DNA from: an uncultured Thermoleophilia bacterium
Lineage (GTDB): Bacteria > Actinomycetota > Thermoleophilia > UBA2241
Assembly (NCBI GenBank): GCA_963707855.1
Contig: CAVPRQ010000013.1
Coordinates: forward strand, 327,301-391,300
Direction of reading: 5' to 3'
Length of the DNA stretch: 64,000 nt
A model generated the notes under the pieces. That model was given only the letters and a program-made list of their open reading frames with translations, was not told the origin of the DNA and made no database searches. The first letter of the stretch is position 1. Every line of letters starts with the position of its first letter. Both the position numbers and the translations under genes were made by a program. Below, piece by piece: positions 35,969-45,674 of the stretch.

Positions 35969-36214
35969 TCAGATCACGCCGAGCGCCCAGAGCGCGATGA
36001 GGATCGCCGCGCCCGCGGCGACGACGATCGCGATGAGGGTGGCAGTGCTCGGCCCGCGGCCTTCGCGCGGCGCCTTCCAGCTCGGCTCGTTCTCGTGGTC
36101 GTGCAGCTGCTCGGCCGAGAGGTTCAGGTGGCCGCCGCCGTATGGCGGCGGCCCGAGCGTCCCACGGTTGGGGTGCGAGTATCGCTCGCCGGGCTCGTTG
36201 GCCTCAGGTGACAT
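35969..36214 (-). CDS. Small protein with C-terminal TM helix
   Basis: GAGGAGGA SD; hydrophobic tail LIAIVVAAGAAILIALWALGVI. Confidence 0.6.
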   Translation of the reverse strand: MSPEANEPGERYSHPNRGTLGPPPYGGGHLNLSAEQLHDHENEPSWKAPREGRGPSTATLIAIVVAAGAAILIALWALGVI

Positions 36215-36289
36215 GGCTCCTCCTCTTCCTGGCGCTCCGCGCCTCTCCCACAAGAGGCGTCGGGAAGGTCCGCGTCCATCACGTGGCCG

Positions 36290-37590
36290 TCAGCGGCGGT
36301 CTTCGAACCAGAGCACCTTGGGCGGCTCGCGCAGGCAGTGCAGGTGCCAGTTGGCCTGGCAGTAGGCGCCGACGCCTGGCAGGGCGACGATGTCGCCCTC
36401 CTCGAGTGGCGGCAGCGGAAGGTCCTCGGCGAAGATGTCCGGTCCCTCGTTGATGTGACTCGTGACGGTGTAGGTCCGTGTCGGCGGGGTGTCGGCGGCG
36501 CGACAGAGGACGACGTCCATCGGCTCCTTGTAGACGAAGGCGATGTTCATGATGTTCCAGCCGCAGTCGAGGCCGGCGAAGACGGCGCTGCCGTCGCCGG
36601 CCGCGCTGCGGTCCTCGACCGTCACGACCTCGGCGAGCAGCACGCCGGCGTCAGTCGTGAAGTACTCGCCGGGCTCGATCGCGACGGTGACACCGAGCGG
36701 CCCCAGGTGTCGCGCCAGGATCACCGCATACGCATCGAGGTCGAGGATCTCGGCGGTCACTCTCGTCCGGGCGGCGAGGCCGCCGCCCATGTTCACCTCG
36801 GCGATGGGGCAGCCGAGGTCCAGGAGGCGACGGGCGAGCGCGGCGACCGCGCGCCGTCGCCGCGTCGAACTGGTCCAGCCACGCCGATCGCAGCTGGTGG
36901 GCGAGGTGGGCGTGCACGGTGTCGATCGGTGAGGTCGTAGGACCGCGCGACGGCGACCGCCTCGTCGAGGCGCTCGGGGTAGACGCCGAACTTGGTCGGC
37001 GCCTCGCCGGAGTAGGCGTGCATCACGTCTGGCGGGGTCGACCGCGCTGACGCGCGGGTTCACCCGCAAGCCGATCGTCGTCCCCGGCGCCCGCCGGCCG
37101 TAGCGGTGGATCTGGCTGACGAGGTCGAGGTTCATATGCACGCCGCTGGCGAGGATGCGCTCGAGGTCACGGTCGCTGACGTTCGTGCCGGTGTAGCTGA
37201 TCTCGGAGGGCAGGAAGCCGTGGGCGAGGCCGTGCTCGACCTCGCCCGGCGAGCAGACGTCGAGGCCGACGGCCTCGGGCGAGCCCGGCGCGCCGAAGGC
37301 GCGGAAGCGGGCCAGGACCTCGGCTCGCGGTTCGCCTTGAGGGCGGCGCGGATGCGGTACGGGACGCCGGTCGCGGCGAGCGCGTCGCGCAGCGCGCACG
37401 ACGGTCTCGTCGACGCGCTCGAGGTCGTAGACGAAGAGCGGCGTGCCGTGCTCGCGCGCCAGCGCCTCGGCGTCGCGGCCCGCGATCCGCAGCCGCCCGT
37501 CGACGGCGCGCAGACCGGGGTGACTGCCACCAAGGACGTGAATCTGCGACCTGTGTGGCCGTCTGCGCGTATCTCCGGACGGGAAGGCAT
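36290..37590 (-). CDS. Fold-type III PLP decarboxylase, LysA-like (frameshifted)
   Basis: GTPLFVYD, ALKAN, SPGE, TKFG, NMGGG, IEPGEY, GAY. Confidence 0.8.
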
Positions 37591-37770
37591 GGCGTCAGTC
37601 TCTCGCGTCGCTCGGTGGCCGGGCAAGCCCGATCAGGTGACGTGTATGGCGGACGTCAAGCCGGGGTTAGCCCACGCGCGGTCCGGGGCAGGATGGCGGC
37701 GAATCCGGCAGCACCGCGTCTCGTGCGCGGTAGACTTGACGACGCTTGAGCCCAGCCAAGGAGGACCCCG

Positions 37771-37932
37771 ATGAAGTATCGCTGCACCGTGTGCGACTAC
37801 CTGTACGACCCCGAAGTCGGCGATCCCGAGGGCGGGATCGAGCCCGGCACCGCGTTCGAGGACATCCCCGACGACTGGGTCTGCCCCGAGTGCGGCGTCG
37901 AGAAGGACATGTTCGAGCCGGCCGAGGACTGA
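37771..37932 (+). CDS. Rubredoxin (53 aa; not in ORF track)
   Basis: AAGGAGG SD; [14 protein letters not shown]...DWVCPECG. Confidence 0.95.
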   Translation: MKYRCTVCDYLYDPEVGDPEGGIEPGTAFEDIPDDWVCPECGVEKDMFEPAED

Positions 37933-37949
37933 CGGGCCGCAGAGCTCTT

Positions 37950-38006
37950 GAGGCGCGCGGGGCGCGGCGCGGGAGCGCCGCGCCCCGCGCGCCTCGTTTC
38001 GTTCTT
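37950..38006 (+). terminator. Intrinsic terminator after rubredoxin
   Basis: About 20-bp GC stem followed by gtttcgttctt. Confidence 0.7.
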
Positions 38007-38073
38007 GCGCGCAGGCGCTCAGCACGGCGTCGGGCTGGCGTAGAATCAGGGCATCCGACGAGGCGAGGGAGCC

Positions 38074-38820
38074 ATGGGCGTGCTCGAACTGAAGAACGTG
38101 TCGCTCACGCTGGGCGGCAAGCCGATCCTGAACGACCTCACGGTCGACTTCTGGGAGGGGCACGTCCATGCCCTCGTCGGGCCGAACGGCGCCGGCAAGT
38201 CGACGCTCGCCAGCACGATCATGGGCCTGCCCGGCTACACCGACATCGCCGGCGAGATCCTGCTCGACGGCGAGCGCATCAACGACCTGACGGTCGACGA
38301 GCGCGCCCGCCGCGGCATCACGCTCGCCTGGCAGGAGCCGGCGCGCTTCGAGGGGCTGCGCGTCGACCGGTTCATCCTCGCCGGGGCGAAGGACAAGAGC
38401 ACGGACACGGCGCGCCGCGTACTCGTCCGGGTCGGGCTCGACCCGGACAAGTACATGAGGCGCGCCGTCGACCGCACCTTGTCAGGCGGCGAGCGCAAGC
38501 GCATCGAGCTGGCCTCGATCCTCTCCATGGAGCCGCGCATCGTCCTGATGGACGAGCCCGACTCCGGCATCGACGTCGAGGCCTTGACGCGCATCTTCGA
38601 CGCCCTCGCCGACTTCAAGGAGCGCGGCGCCACGGTGATCATGATCACCCACAGCCAGGAGGTGCTGAAGCACGCCGAGCACGCCTTCCTGATGTGCAAC
38701 GGCAGCATCCTCGACAAGGGGCCTGTGGGCCGCATCGACGGCTACTTCGCCGACCACTGCATCCCGTGCGACCACACCAACGTACCGGACGCGCGGGAGA
38801 TCGCGGGCGCGACGGCATGA
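38074..38820 (+). CDS. SufC-like ATPase (SmsC type)
   Basis: GPNGAGKS, WQEPARFEG, LSGGERKRIE, DEPDSGID; C-terminal CxxC. Confidence 0.88.
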   Translation: MGVLELKNVSLTLGGKPILNDLTVDFWEGHVHALVGPNGAGKSTLASTIMGLPGYTDIAGEILLDGERINDLTVDERARRGITLAWQEPARFEGLRVDRFILAGAKDKSTDTARRVLVRVGLDPDKYMRRAVDRTLSGGERKRIELASILSMEPRIVLMDEPDSGIDVEALTRIFDALADFKERGATVIMITHSQEVLKHAEHAFLMCNGSILDKGPVGRIDGYFADHCIPCDHTNVPDAREIAGATA

Positions 38821-39764
38821 GCCCGACGCCGCAGCAGGTCGAGACCGCGCGCGAGCTGCTCGCCAGCCTCGGCGACTTCGGCGGCCACGTCACCGGCGAC
38901 GACATCGCCCACCTCGAGGTGCACGGCAACGAGGTCGTCGGCGCCCACCTCGTCCCGGGCCTCGAGGTCGACGTCGACCAGCTCGACGACGGCATCAGGG
39001 CGCACATCCATCTGAAGAGGGGCGCGCGGATCGCGAAGCCCGTCCATCTCTGTTTCGGCATGCTGCCCGAGGAGGGACTGCAGCGCATCGTCATGGACGT
39101 CGAGGTCGAGGAGGACTCGTTCGCCTCGGTGCAGGCGCACTGCACCTTCCCGAACGCGGTCGACATCACGCACAAGATGGACGCCGTGGTGCGCATCGCG
39201 CCGGGCGCCGCCTACGAGTACTTCGAGCGGCACCTCCACGGGCGCGAGGGCGGCGTCCTCGTCGTGCCCAAGACCAAGGTCCAGGTCGGTGAAGGGGCGC
39301 GCTTCAAGACCGAGTTCGAGCTCATCAAGGGCCAGGCGGGCGTCATCGACTTCGACTACGACGTCGACTGCGACGCGTACAGCCTGCTCGACATGATCGC
39401 CCGCATCTGGGGCCGCGGGCACGACCGCATCACGATCCGCGAGACCGCTCGCCTCAACGGCGAGGACGCTCGCGCCGTCCTGCAGACCCACATCGCCGTC
39501 AAGGACGACGCCGTGGCCGACGTCTACAACTCGCTGGCCGCGAACGCCGCCGGGGCGCGGGGGCACGTCGACTGCAAGGAGATCGTGCAGGGTCGCGCCG
39601 TCGCGAAGGCGGTGCCGATCGTCGAGGTCAACCACCCGCGGGCGCACATCACGCACGAGGCCGCGATCGGCAGCGTCGACAGCAAGCAGCTGCAGACGCT
39701 GATGGCGCGCGGCCTCGACGAAGAGAAGGCCACCGACCTGATCATCGAGGGCCTTCTCGGCTGA
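38817..39764 (+). CDS. Short SufB/SufD-like scaffold (SmsB type)
   Basis: PVHLCFG, ARGHVDCKEI, THEAAIGSVD, LMARGL; ATGA overlap with previous gene. Confidence 0.88.
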   Translation: MSPTPQQVETARELLASLGDFGGHVTGDDIAHLEVHGNEVVGAHLVPGLEVDVDQLDDGIRAHIHLKRGARIAKPVHLCFGMLPEEGLQRIVMDVEVEEDSFASVQAHCTFPNAVDITHKMDAVVRIAPGAAYEYFERHLHGREGGVLVVPKTKVQVGEGARFKTEFELIKGQAGVIDFDYDVDCDAYSLLDMIARIWGRGHDRITIRETARLNGEDARAVLQTHIAVKDDAVADVYNSLAANAAGARGHVDCKEIVQGRAVAKAVPIVEVNHPRAHITHEAAIGSVDSKQLQTLMARGLDEEKATDLIIEGLLG

Positions 39765-39773
39765 CAGGCGCTG

Positions 39774-39920
39774 CTACTTCGCGAGGTCGACGGCGACGGC
39801 GAGGACGATCACCGCGACCCACAGGCCGCAGAGGATCGTCGTGCTGCTCAGGCGCAGCCGGGCGGGTTCGTCCGTCGGCTGACTCGGCCCCGGGTCGACG
39901 ACGTGATGGTCCGCGTTCAC
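39774..39920 (-). CDS. Small membrane protein (48 aa; not in ORF track)
   Basis: GAAGGGG SD, GTG start, ILCGLWVAVIVLAVAV TM, TAG stop. Confidence 0.45.
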   Translation of the reverse strand: MNADHHVVDPGPSQPTDEPARLRLSSTTILCGLWVAVIVLAVAVDLAK

Positions 39921-40205
39921 ACTGGCCCCTTCTCTTGCCCTGCTCCCTCATGCTTCCCATCGGCAGCGGGGCCACGACACTGAAGTATTCGTCAGATCTG
40001 GGGACGGTCCTGGCCTCCGAGCGAAGCGGGATGTTGAGGCCGAAGCCCTGATCTGTCGATAGAGGGAGCGGCGGCGCCGGTCCGAAGTGGAGGACGGAGG
40101 CGTCCGAACCTGTTCCTGGGACCGGCGCCGCCGACCATGTACCGGAGTCCCGCGCTCACGCCCTCGTCCGGCGCGGCGCCGGTCCGCCGACAGGGAGGCC
40201 CTCAC

Positions 40206-40613
40206 ATGCGTCGCACGATCACCCGGTCACGCCGGACACGCAGGCTGGCGTCTGCTTGTGTGCTCACTATCCTCGCGCTCGCCGCAACGATCGGCTTCGC
40301 CGGCTGCGGCGAGGAGGAGATCGCCAGCCCGACGAGCCAGATCGACATCGCCAAGGACATGTCCGTCAAGGCGAGCATCCGTTCCGTACAGACCGGCATC
40401 CAGGCTCACATCGCGACCACGAACGCGCTGCCGCCGAAGGCGACCAAGGACGTCCTCGGCGGCTTCGTCCAGCCTTGGCCGGAGAACCCGTGGACGAAGA
40501 CCGACATGACCGAAGGCACCGGCCCCGGCGACTACACCTACACGCCGGGAGCCGGCACGAGTTACTCACTCGTCGTCCACCTCTCCGGCGGGCGCGACTA
40601 CGTCGCACAATGA
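40206..40613 (+). CDS. Lipoprotein with pseudopilin-head-like domain
   Basis: Lipobox FAGC; WPENPWT...GPGDYTY motif. Confidence 0.7.
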   Translation: MRRTITRSRRTRRLASACVLTILALAATIGFAGCGEEEIASPTSQIDIAKDMSVKASIRSVQTGIQAHIATTNALPPKATKDVLGGFVQPWPENPWTKTDMTEGTGPGDYTYTPGAGTSYSLVVHLSGGRDYVAQ

Positions 40614-40738
40614 CGCGCGCTGGGGGCGGGGCGGCCGTCAGGCCGCCCGCGCCCCCCTCGCCCCGCCGCGCCCGCTCCCCTGATACAGTCCCGCCGAGAC
40701 TCCTCGCGTGGGTCTGAGACAGGAAGGGCGGTGACCAC

Positions 40739-42129
40739 GTGGCCGAGCCTAGGATCCCGACCCGCATGGGCGACGGGTTCATGGTCGAGATGACGCGCAG
40801 CGAGCTGCGCGCCGACATCGAGGCGGGCACGGCCGAAGGGGCCCGCAGGGCCAAGTGCCCGCCGCTCGGCGCCGACGAGCTCGACCACCTGCTCGACATC
40901 TACGCCTCGCCCGCCGCCTTCACCGCCGTCGACATCGGCGACCAGGTCGTCCTCAGCTGCGACGGGGGCGGCTCCAAGATGACCGGCACCGACCTTCAGG
41001 ACCTGCTCGAAAGCGAGCAGCGCCTCGGCCAGGACATCCTCGAGCTCTGGCACATCGAGTACAGCTACAAGGCGATCAAGACGATCCTGCCGTTCCAGCA
41101 GCAGCTCATGCAGAACGCGCAGCTCATGCTCACGGCGCCGATCCAGTACGGGGCGCAGCCCAACCTCGCCTTCTACTCCAAGCCGGACGGGCCCGCGGAC
41201 AACTGGTTCGAGCTGCTGCCGCAGGGCCGCATCGCCGAAGGCAAGGCGGCCGTCGAAGAGGCCATCGACTACGCGACCAAGGACTTCATCTACGTCAGCG
41301 ACGGCATGATGGAGGCCGGCGCCGACGGCATGGACTTCGACACCACCGGCGGCGCCGGCGACGCCGACTTCCTGAGCACGCTGCGCGCCGTCAAGCACGT
41401 GCGCGAGCGCTACCCCGAGGCCGGCATCGAGCTCGGCATGGCCGGCGAGTTCGTCATCGGCGTGCACGGCGAGCTCGAGTGGGAGGGCCGCCGGCTCGCC
41501 GGCATGTGGCCCAAGGAGCAGCTCGAGGTCGCCCAGGACGCCGGCGCCACCATCTTCGGCCCGGCGGTGAACATCCGCACCTCGAAGAGCTGCGCCTGGA
41601 ACATCGCCTTCGCGCTCACCGTCATCAAGCCGTGCATGGACGTCGGCGCGCATCCCCGTGCACCCCAACGTCGGCCAGGGCGTCGTCGGCGTGCCGGTCA
41701 ACGGCTACCCCGGCGAGGACGCTTCGTCGCGGGCGGCCAAGGCCTGCGTCGAGATCCTGCGCTGCGACGGGTTGTAGGTGGGCTCGGGTGACTCCAGGGG
41801 CATGGACGTCACCCACGCGCTCGCCGCGGGCATGGGCGGGATCCGCACGGCCGGAGACCTGGTCGCGAGGATGCAGATGTCGCGGGGCATGCGCCTGCAA
41901 GGAAGCGAAGGAGTACGTCGCCGGGAAGCTCGGCTGCACGGTCCGCGACCTGAGCGACAGCTACGCCATGGAGCAGCTGAGGGGCGAGAAGGGGCTGGGG
42001 AGGATCCTCGACCACTCGAACCTGCACCCCGGCGAGCCCAACGCGATGTACGCCAAGTTCCGCATCGCGGAGCTGCTCGGCATCCGCATCAACAGCGTCG
42101 AGCGGTTCAAGGAGCTGGCCGGGTTCTAG
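40739..42129 (+). CDS. mtbB: Dimethylamine:corrinoid methyltransferase MtbB with in-frame amber (pyrrolysine) codon at 41775-41777; two frameshifts
   Basis: TRMGDG, HIEYSYK, YGAQPN, FDTTGGAGD, GMAGEFVIGVHG, FGPAVN; CDGL-TAG-VGSGD; GIRTAGDLVARM, EAKEYVA, INSVERF. Confidence 0.92.
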
Positions 42130-42161
42130 CGGACCCACTCGCTCCTTGACGAGGAGACCAC

Positions 42162-43654
42162 ATGAGCAGCCACACGCCCGACATCGTGAGCATCCCGGCG
42201 CGGCCGGGGCAGGACCCGCTCGACGCGGCGCAGATCGAGCGGCTGCGACAGGCCACGCTGACGATCCTCGACGAGATCGGCGTGCACATGCCGTCGGCGC
42301 GCGCCCGGGAGATCCTCGCGAGTCACGGCGCCCGGGTCGGGGACGACGAGGTCGTGCGGATACCGCCGGACCTCGTCGTCAAGGCGATGTCGACCGCGCC
42401 GCGCTCGTTCGTGCTCGCCGGGCGCGAGGAGCGGCTCGACCTGCTCCTCGACGGGACCCGCTGCTACATCTGCACCGAGGGCGTGGGGACGAAGGTCGCC
42501 GACCCGGTGACGGGGGAGCTCCGTTCGTCGCGCAAGGACGACGTCGCCCTCATGGCGCGGATCTGCGACGCCCTGCCGCTGCTCTCGTTCTACTGGCCGC
42601 CCGTGAGCGCCCAGGACCACCTGCGCACGGCGCCGCTGCACGAGTGCCACGCGGGCCTGAGCAACACGCTCAAGCACGTGCGCGGGGCGACGACCGTGTA
42701 CCCGGAGCTCGCGAAGTACGTGGTCGAGATGGCGACCGTGGTGGCCGGCTCGGACGCGGAGCGTCGCCGCCGGCCACCGATCTGCGGCAACATCTGCACG
42801 ATCTCACCCCTGGCTCAGGATGGCCCTGGCCTGGAGTGCGCGCTCGCGTACGCCGAGGCCGGCCTCCCGTTCAGCTTCATGGCGATGCCGACGATGGGGT
42901 CCACGGCGCCGGCGACGGAGCTCGGCGCCATCGCCGTCGGCCGACGCCGAGGTCGTCAGCGGCATGGTGCTCGTGCAGCTCGCCAGCCCCGGCGCGCCCG
43001 TCTTCCACTCGTTCTTCGTCTCGCTCATGGACCCGCTCAGCGGGGGCTACATCTCGGAGGTCGAGGGGCAGGCGGAGCGCATCGCCGTCCAGCTCGCGCA
43101 CGCCTGGGGCGTGCCGAGCCTCGGCGGCGGGTCGGTGAGCGGCGACGCGACGGCGCCGGGCTGGCAGACCGGCGTGAGTGCGGGCATCGGCGCCGTCGCC
43201 GTGCCGCTCTTCGGGGCTGAGGTCTGCGGGTCGATCGCGACTCGAGGCCGGATCGACGATCCTGTATCCGGACAAGGTGATCCGCGACTGCGAGGCGCTG
43301 CTGCACGCGGCGGCGCTCGTCGGCCCGGCGGAGTTCGACGAGGAGGACCTGGCGCTCGACGTCATCCGCGCCGTCGGTCCGCGCGGCCACTACATGGCCC
43401 AGCGGCACACGCGCGAGCACCTCCGCGACCACCGCCTGCCGCTGTGGCTGACACACGCGGGGCGCGAGGCGGCGGCGGAGATGCGGCGGAGAGGCGGCGC
43501 GGAGGGCGGCCTGGAGCCGGCCCGCGCCGCCGCCATCGCCGAGTTCCGCCGCCTCGAGCGCGAGCATCATCCGGAGCCGCTCGCGCCCGACGTGCAGCGC
43601 GAGCTCGATGCGGTCGTGGCCGCGGCCGATCGCGAGGCGGAGAAGCTGGGCTGA
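42162..43654 (+). CDS. MttB-superfamily methyltransferase, non-pyrrolysine (frameshifted)
   Basis: TLTILDEIGV, NTLKHV, ISPL, MGSTAPAT, LALDVIRAVGPRGHY..QRHT. Confidence 0.88.
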
Positions 43655-43671
43655 GGCGGGGTCTGGCGCGC

Positions 43672-44151
43672 CTACGCCGCCGGCGGCTCCGGCGCGCGTC
43701 GCAGCATGAAGCCGACCATCGCCGTGGCGACGCCTATCGGCACCAGCAGGACGCCGACGAGCAGCGCCAGCATGAGCCCGACTCCGGTGGCGTACTCCCA
43801 CCCGAGCGCCTCGCGCGCCGCCGCCAGGGCCAGCATACAGACGGCGATACCCGCGAGCGCGACCAGGGCGCCGGAGAGAAGCGCGAGACGGTGCGGCCCC
43901 AGGGCGATCATCGCGACGCCCAGCGCCACGACGGCGACGGCGATGACCATCATCGGCGGCCCCCACGGCGTGCCGAGCCCGCCACCGATGTCGGCCGGCT
44001 TGGTGAGCGCGTAGCTGACTGCGCCGTCGACGCGGTCGTTCGCCCACGGCAGTAGCACCGCGGCGACGAGCAGCACGCCGGCGACGACGGTGATGACACC
44101 GTCGCCGGTCCAGTCACGGAGCGTCAGTCGTATCGTGCGCGTCGGAGGCAT
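43672..44151 (-). CDS. 4-TM membrane protein
   Basis: Four hydrophobic segments, LLPW motif. Confidence 0.65.
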   Translation of the reverse strand: MPPTRTIRLTLRDWTGDGVITVVAGVLLVAAVLLPWANDRVDGAVSYALTKPADIGGGLGTPWGPPMMVIAVAVVALGVAMIALGPHRLALLSGALVALAGIAVCMLALAAAREALGWEYATGVGLMLALLVGVLLVPIGVATAMVGFMLRRAPEPPAA

Positions 44152-44231
44152 CGCTCTCCCTGTGGCCGTTGCCAGCTTGTACCGTCCGCCGCCGGGGCGT
44201 CAAACCCTCGAGGGGATCACGCGTCGCCTGT

Positions 44232-45608
44232 TCAGGCGCCGATGAGCCTCTTCACCATCGTCGCGCGACGGCTCTGCTTGCCGGTGCGCTCCTCGTAGCT
44301 GTCGGCGCTGGCCATCGCCTTCATGGCGGCGTTCACCGCGAGCCAGCGGAGCGGCTCGGGTTCCCACAGCGGGGACTGGTGGCCGACCCAGGGCAGCGCC
44401 GTGAGCTCCGAGTCCTCGCCGAGGATGAGGTCGCGCAACGTGCGTCCGGCAAGGTTCGTCGTCCCGACGCCGTCGCCCACGTACCCGCCGGCCCAGGCGC
44501 GGCCCGACACGCGGTCGAGCCCGACCGAGCTGTACCAGTCGCGGGGGATGCCGATGGGGCCGCCCCAGGTGTGTGACACGTTGACCGGGCCCATCTGGGG
44601 GAAGAGGCGCCGGACGACGGCCTTGAGGGCCTCGAACACACCGGGCTCGTCGACGAAGTCGTCGTTGATGCGCGAACCAAGGTGGTACGGAGCGCCGCGA
44701 CCGCCGATGGCGAGGCGGTCGTCGTCTGTGCGCATCGCGTAGACGATCAGGAAGCGCCCGTCGTTGAAGGTCTCGTGCTGGCGCCACCCGACGGCGTCCC
44801 AGACGTCGGCGGTGAACGGTTCCGTGGCGATCATCAGCGAGTAGAGCGGCAGGACGACACGCTCGCATCCGGGCAGCTCGGCGGTGTAGCCCTCGGTGGC
44901 GCGCACGACGACCTCGGCGGTGACGGCGCCGACGGGCGTCTCGACGCGGCCGGCCGAGAGGCTGAGGGCGGGCGTGCGCTCGTAGATGGGCACGCCCAGG
45001 CGCTCGACGACGTCGGCGAGTCCGCGCGCCAGCCGCGCCGGATCGACGCAGGCGCAGTGCGGGGTGAAGTAGGCGCCGAGGCTGCCGGTCGCGGCGATCC
45101 GCGATCGCGCCTCCTCGGCGCTCAGCAGCCGGTAGTCCTCCTCGCCGAAGCCCCAGGAGCGCTCCCACTCGATCTCCTCGCGGGCGCGCTCGAGCTGGGG
45201 CACGTTGGAGGCCTGCACCAGGGCGCCGCCCTTGTGGAAGCGCGCGTCGATGCCCTCCTCGGCGGCGACGCGCCCCACCTCGTCGACGGTCTCGAACATC
45301 GCCCTCTGCATGGCGATCGCCGCCGCGCGCCCGTGACGCTTCGCGGTCGCCTCGCGCGAGCCGGCGAAGAACGACGAGCACCAGCCGCCGTTGCGTCCCG
45401 AGGCGCCGAAGCCGGCGATCTCGCGCTCGAGCACGGCGACGCGCAGGTGCGGGTCGGCCTTCTTGAGGTAGTAGGCGGTCCAGAGGCCGGTGTACCCAGC
45501 GCCGACGATGGCGACGTCCACATCCAGCGGACCTTCCAGGCCGGGTCGCGGGGTGAGCTCGCCGGGCACGCCGTCGAGCCAGAGACTGCGGGAACGGTAG
45601 TCGGTCAC
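44232..45608 (-). CDS. FAD-dependent oxidoreductase, DadA/PuuB family
   Basis: IVGAGYTGL, GASGRNGG, ATEGY, GYVGDGV. Confidence 0.9.
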   Translation of the reverse strand: MTDYRSRSLWLDGVPGELTPRPGLEGPLDVDVAIVGAGYTGLWTAYYLKKADPHLRVAVLEREIAGFGASGRNGGWCSSFFAGSREATAKRHGRAAAIAMQRAMFETVDEVGRVAAEEGIDARFHKGGALVQASNVPQLERAREEIEWERSWGFGEEDYRLLSAEEARSRIAATGSLGAYFTPHCACVDPARLARGLADVVERLGVPIYERTPALSLSAGRVETPVGAVTAEVVVRATEGYTAELPGCERVVLPLYSLMIATEPFTADVWDAVGWRQHETFNDGRFLIVYAMRTDDDRLAIGGRGAPYHLGSRINDDFVDEPGVFEALKAVVRRLFPQMGPVNVSHTWGGPIGIPRDWYSSVGLDRVSGRAWAGGYVGDGVGTTNLAGRTLRDLILGEDSELTALPWVGHQSPLWEPEPLRWLAVNAAMKAMASADSYEERTGKQSRRATMVKRLIGA

Positions 45609-45674
45609 GGTGCCCTCCTCGAGGACGCGATGGGCTGCCCAACGGGCATCCTACATCGCGCGGGCGAGGGGTCG

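Noticed and set aside
37620-37720. c-di-GMP-I riboswitch-like words (GGCAAGCC...GGACGTCAAGCC) upstream of rubredoxin
   Set aside because: The GNRA-capped stem and other conserved elements cannot be built; only a covariance search could rescue it
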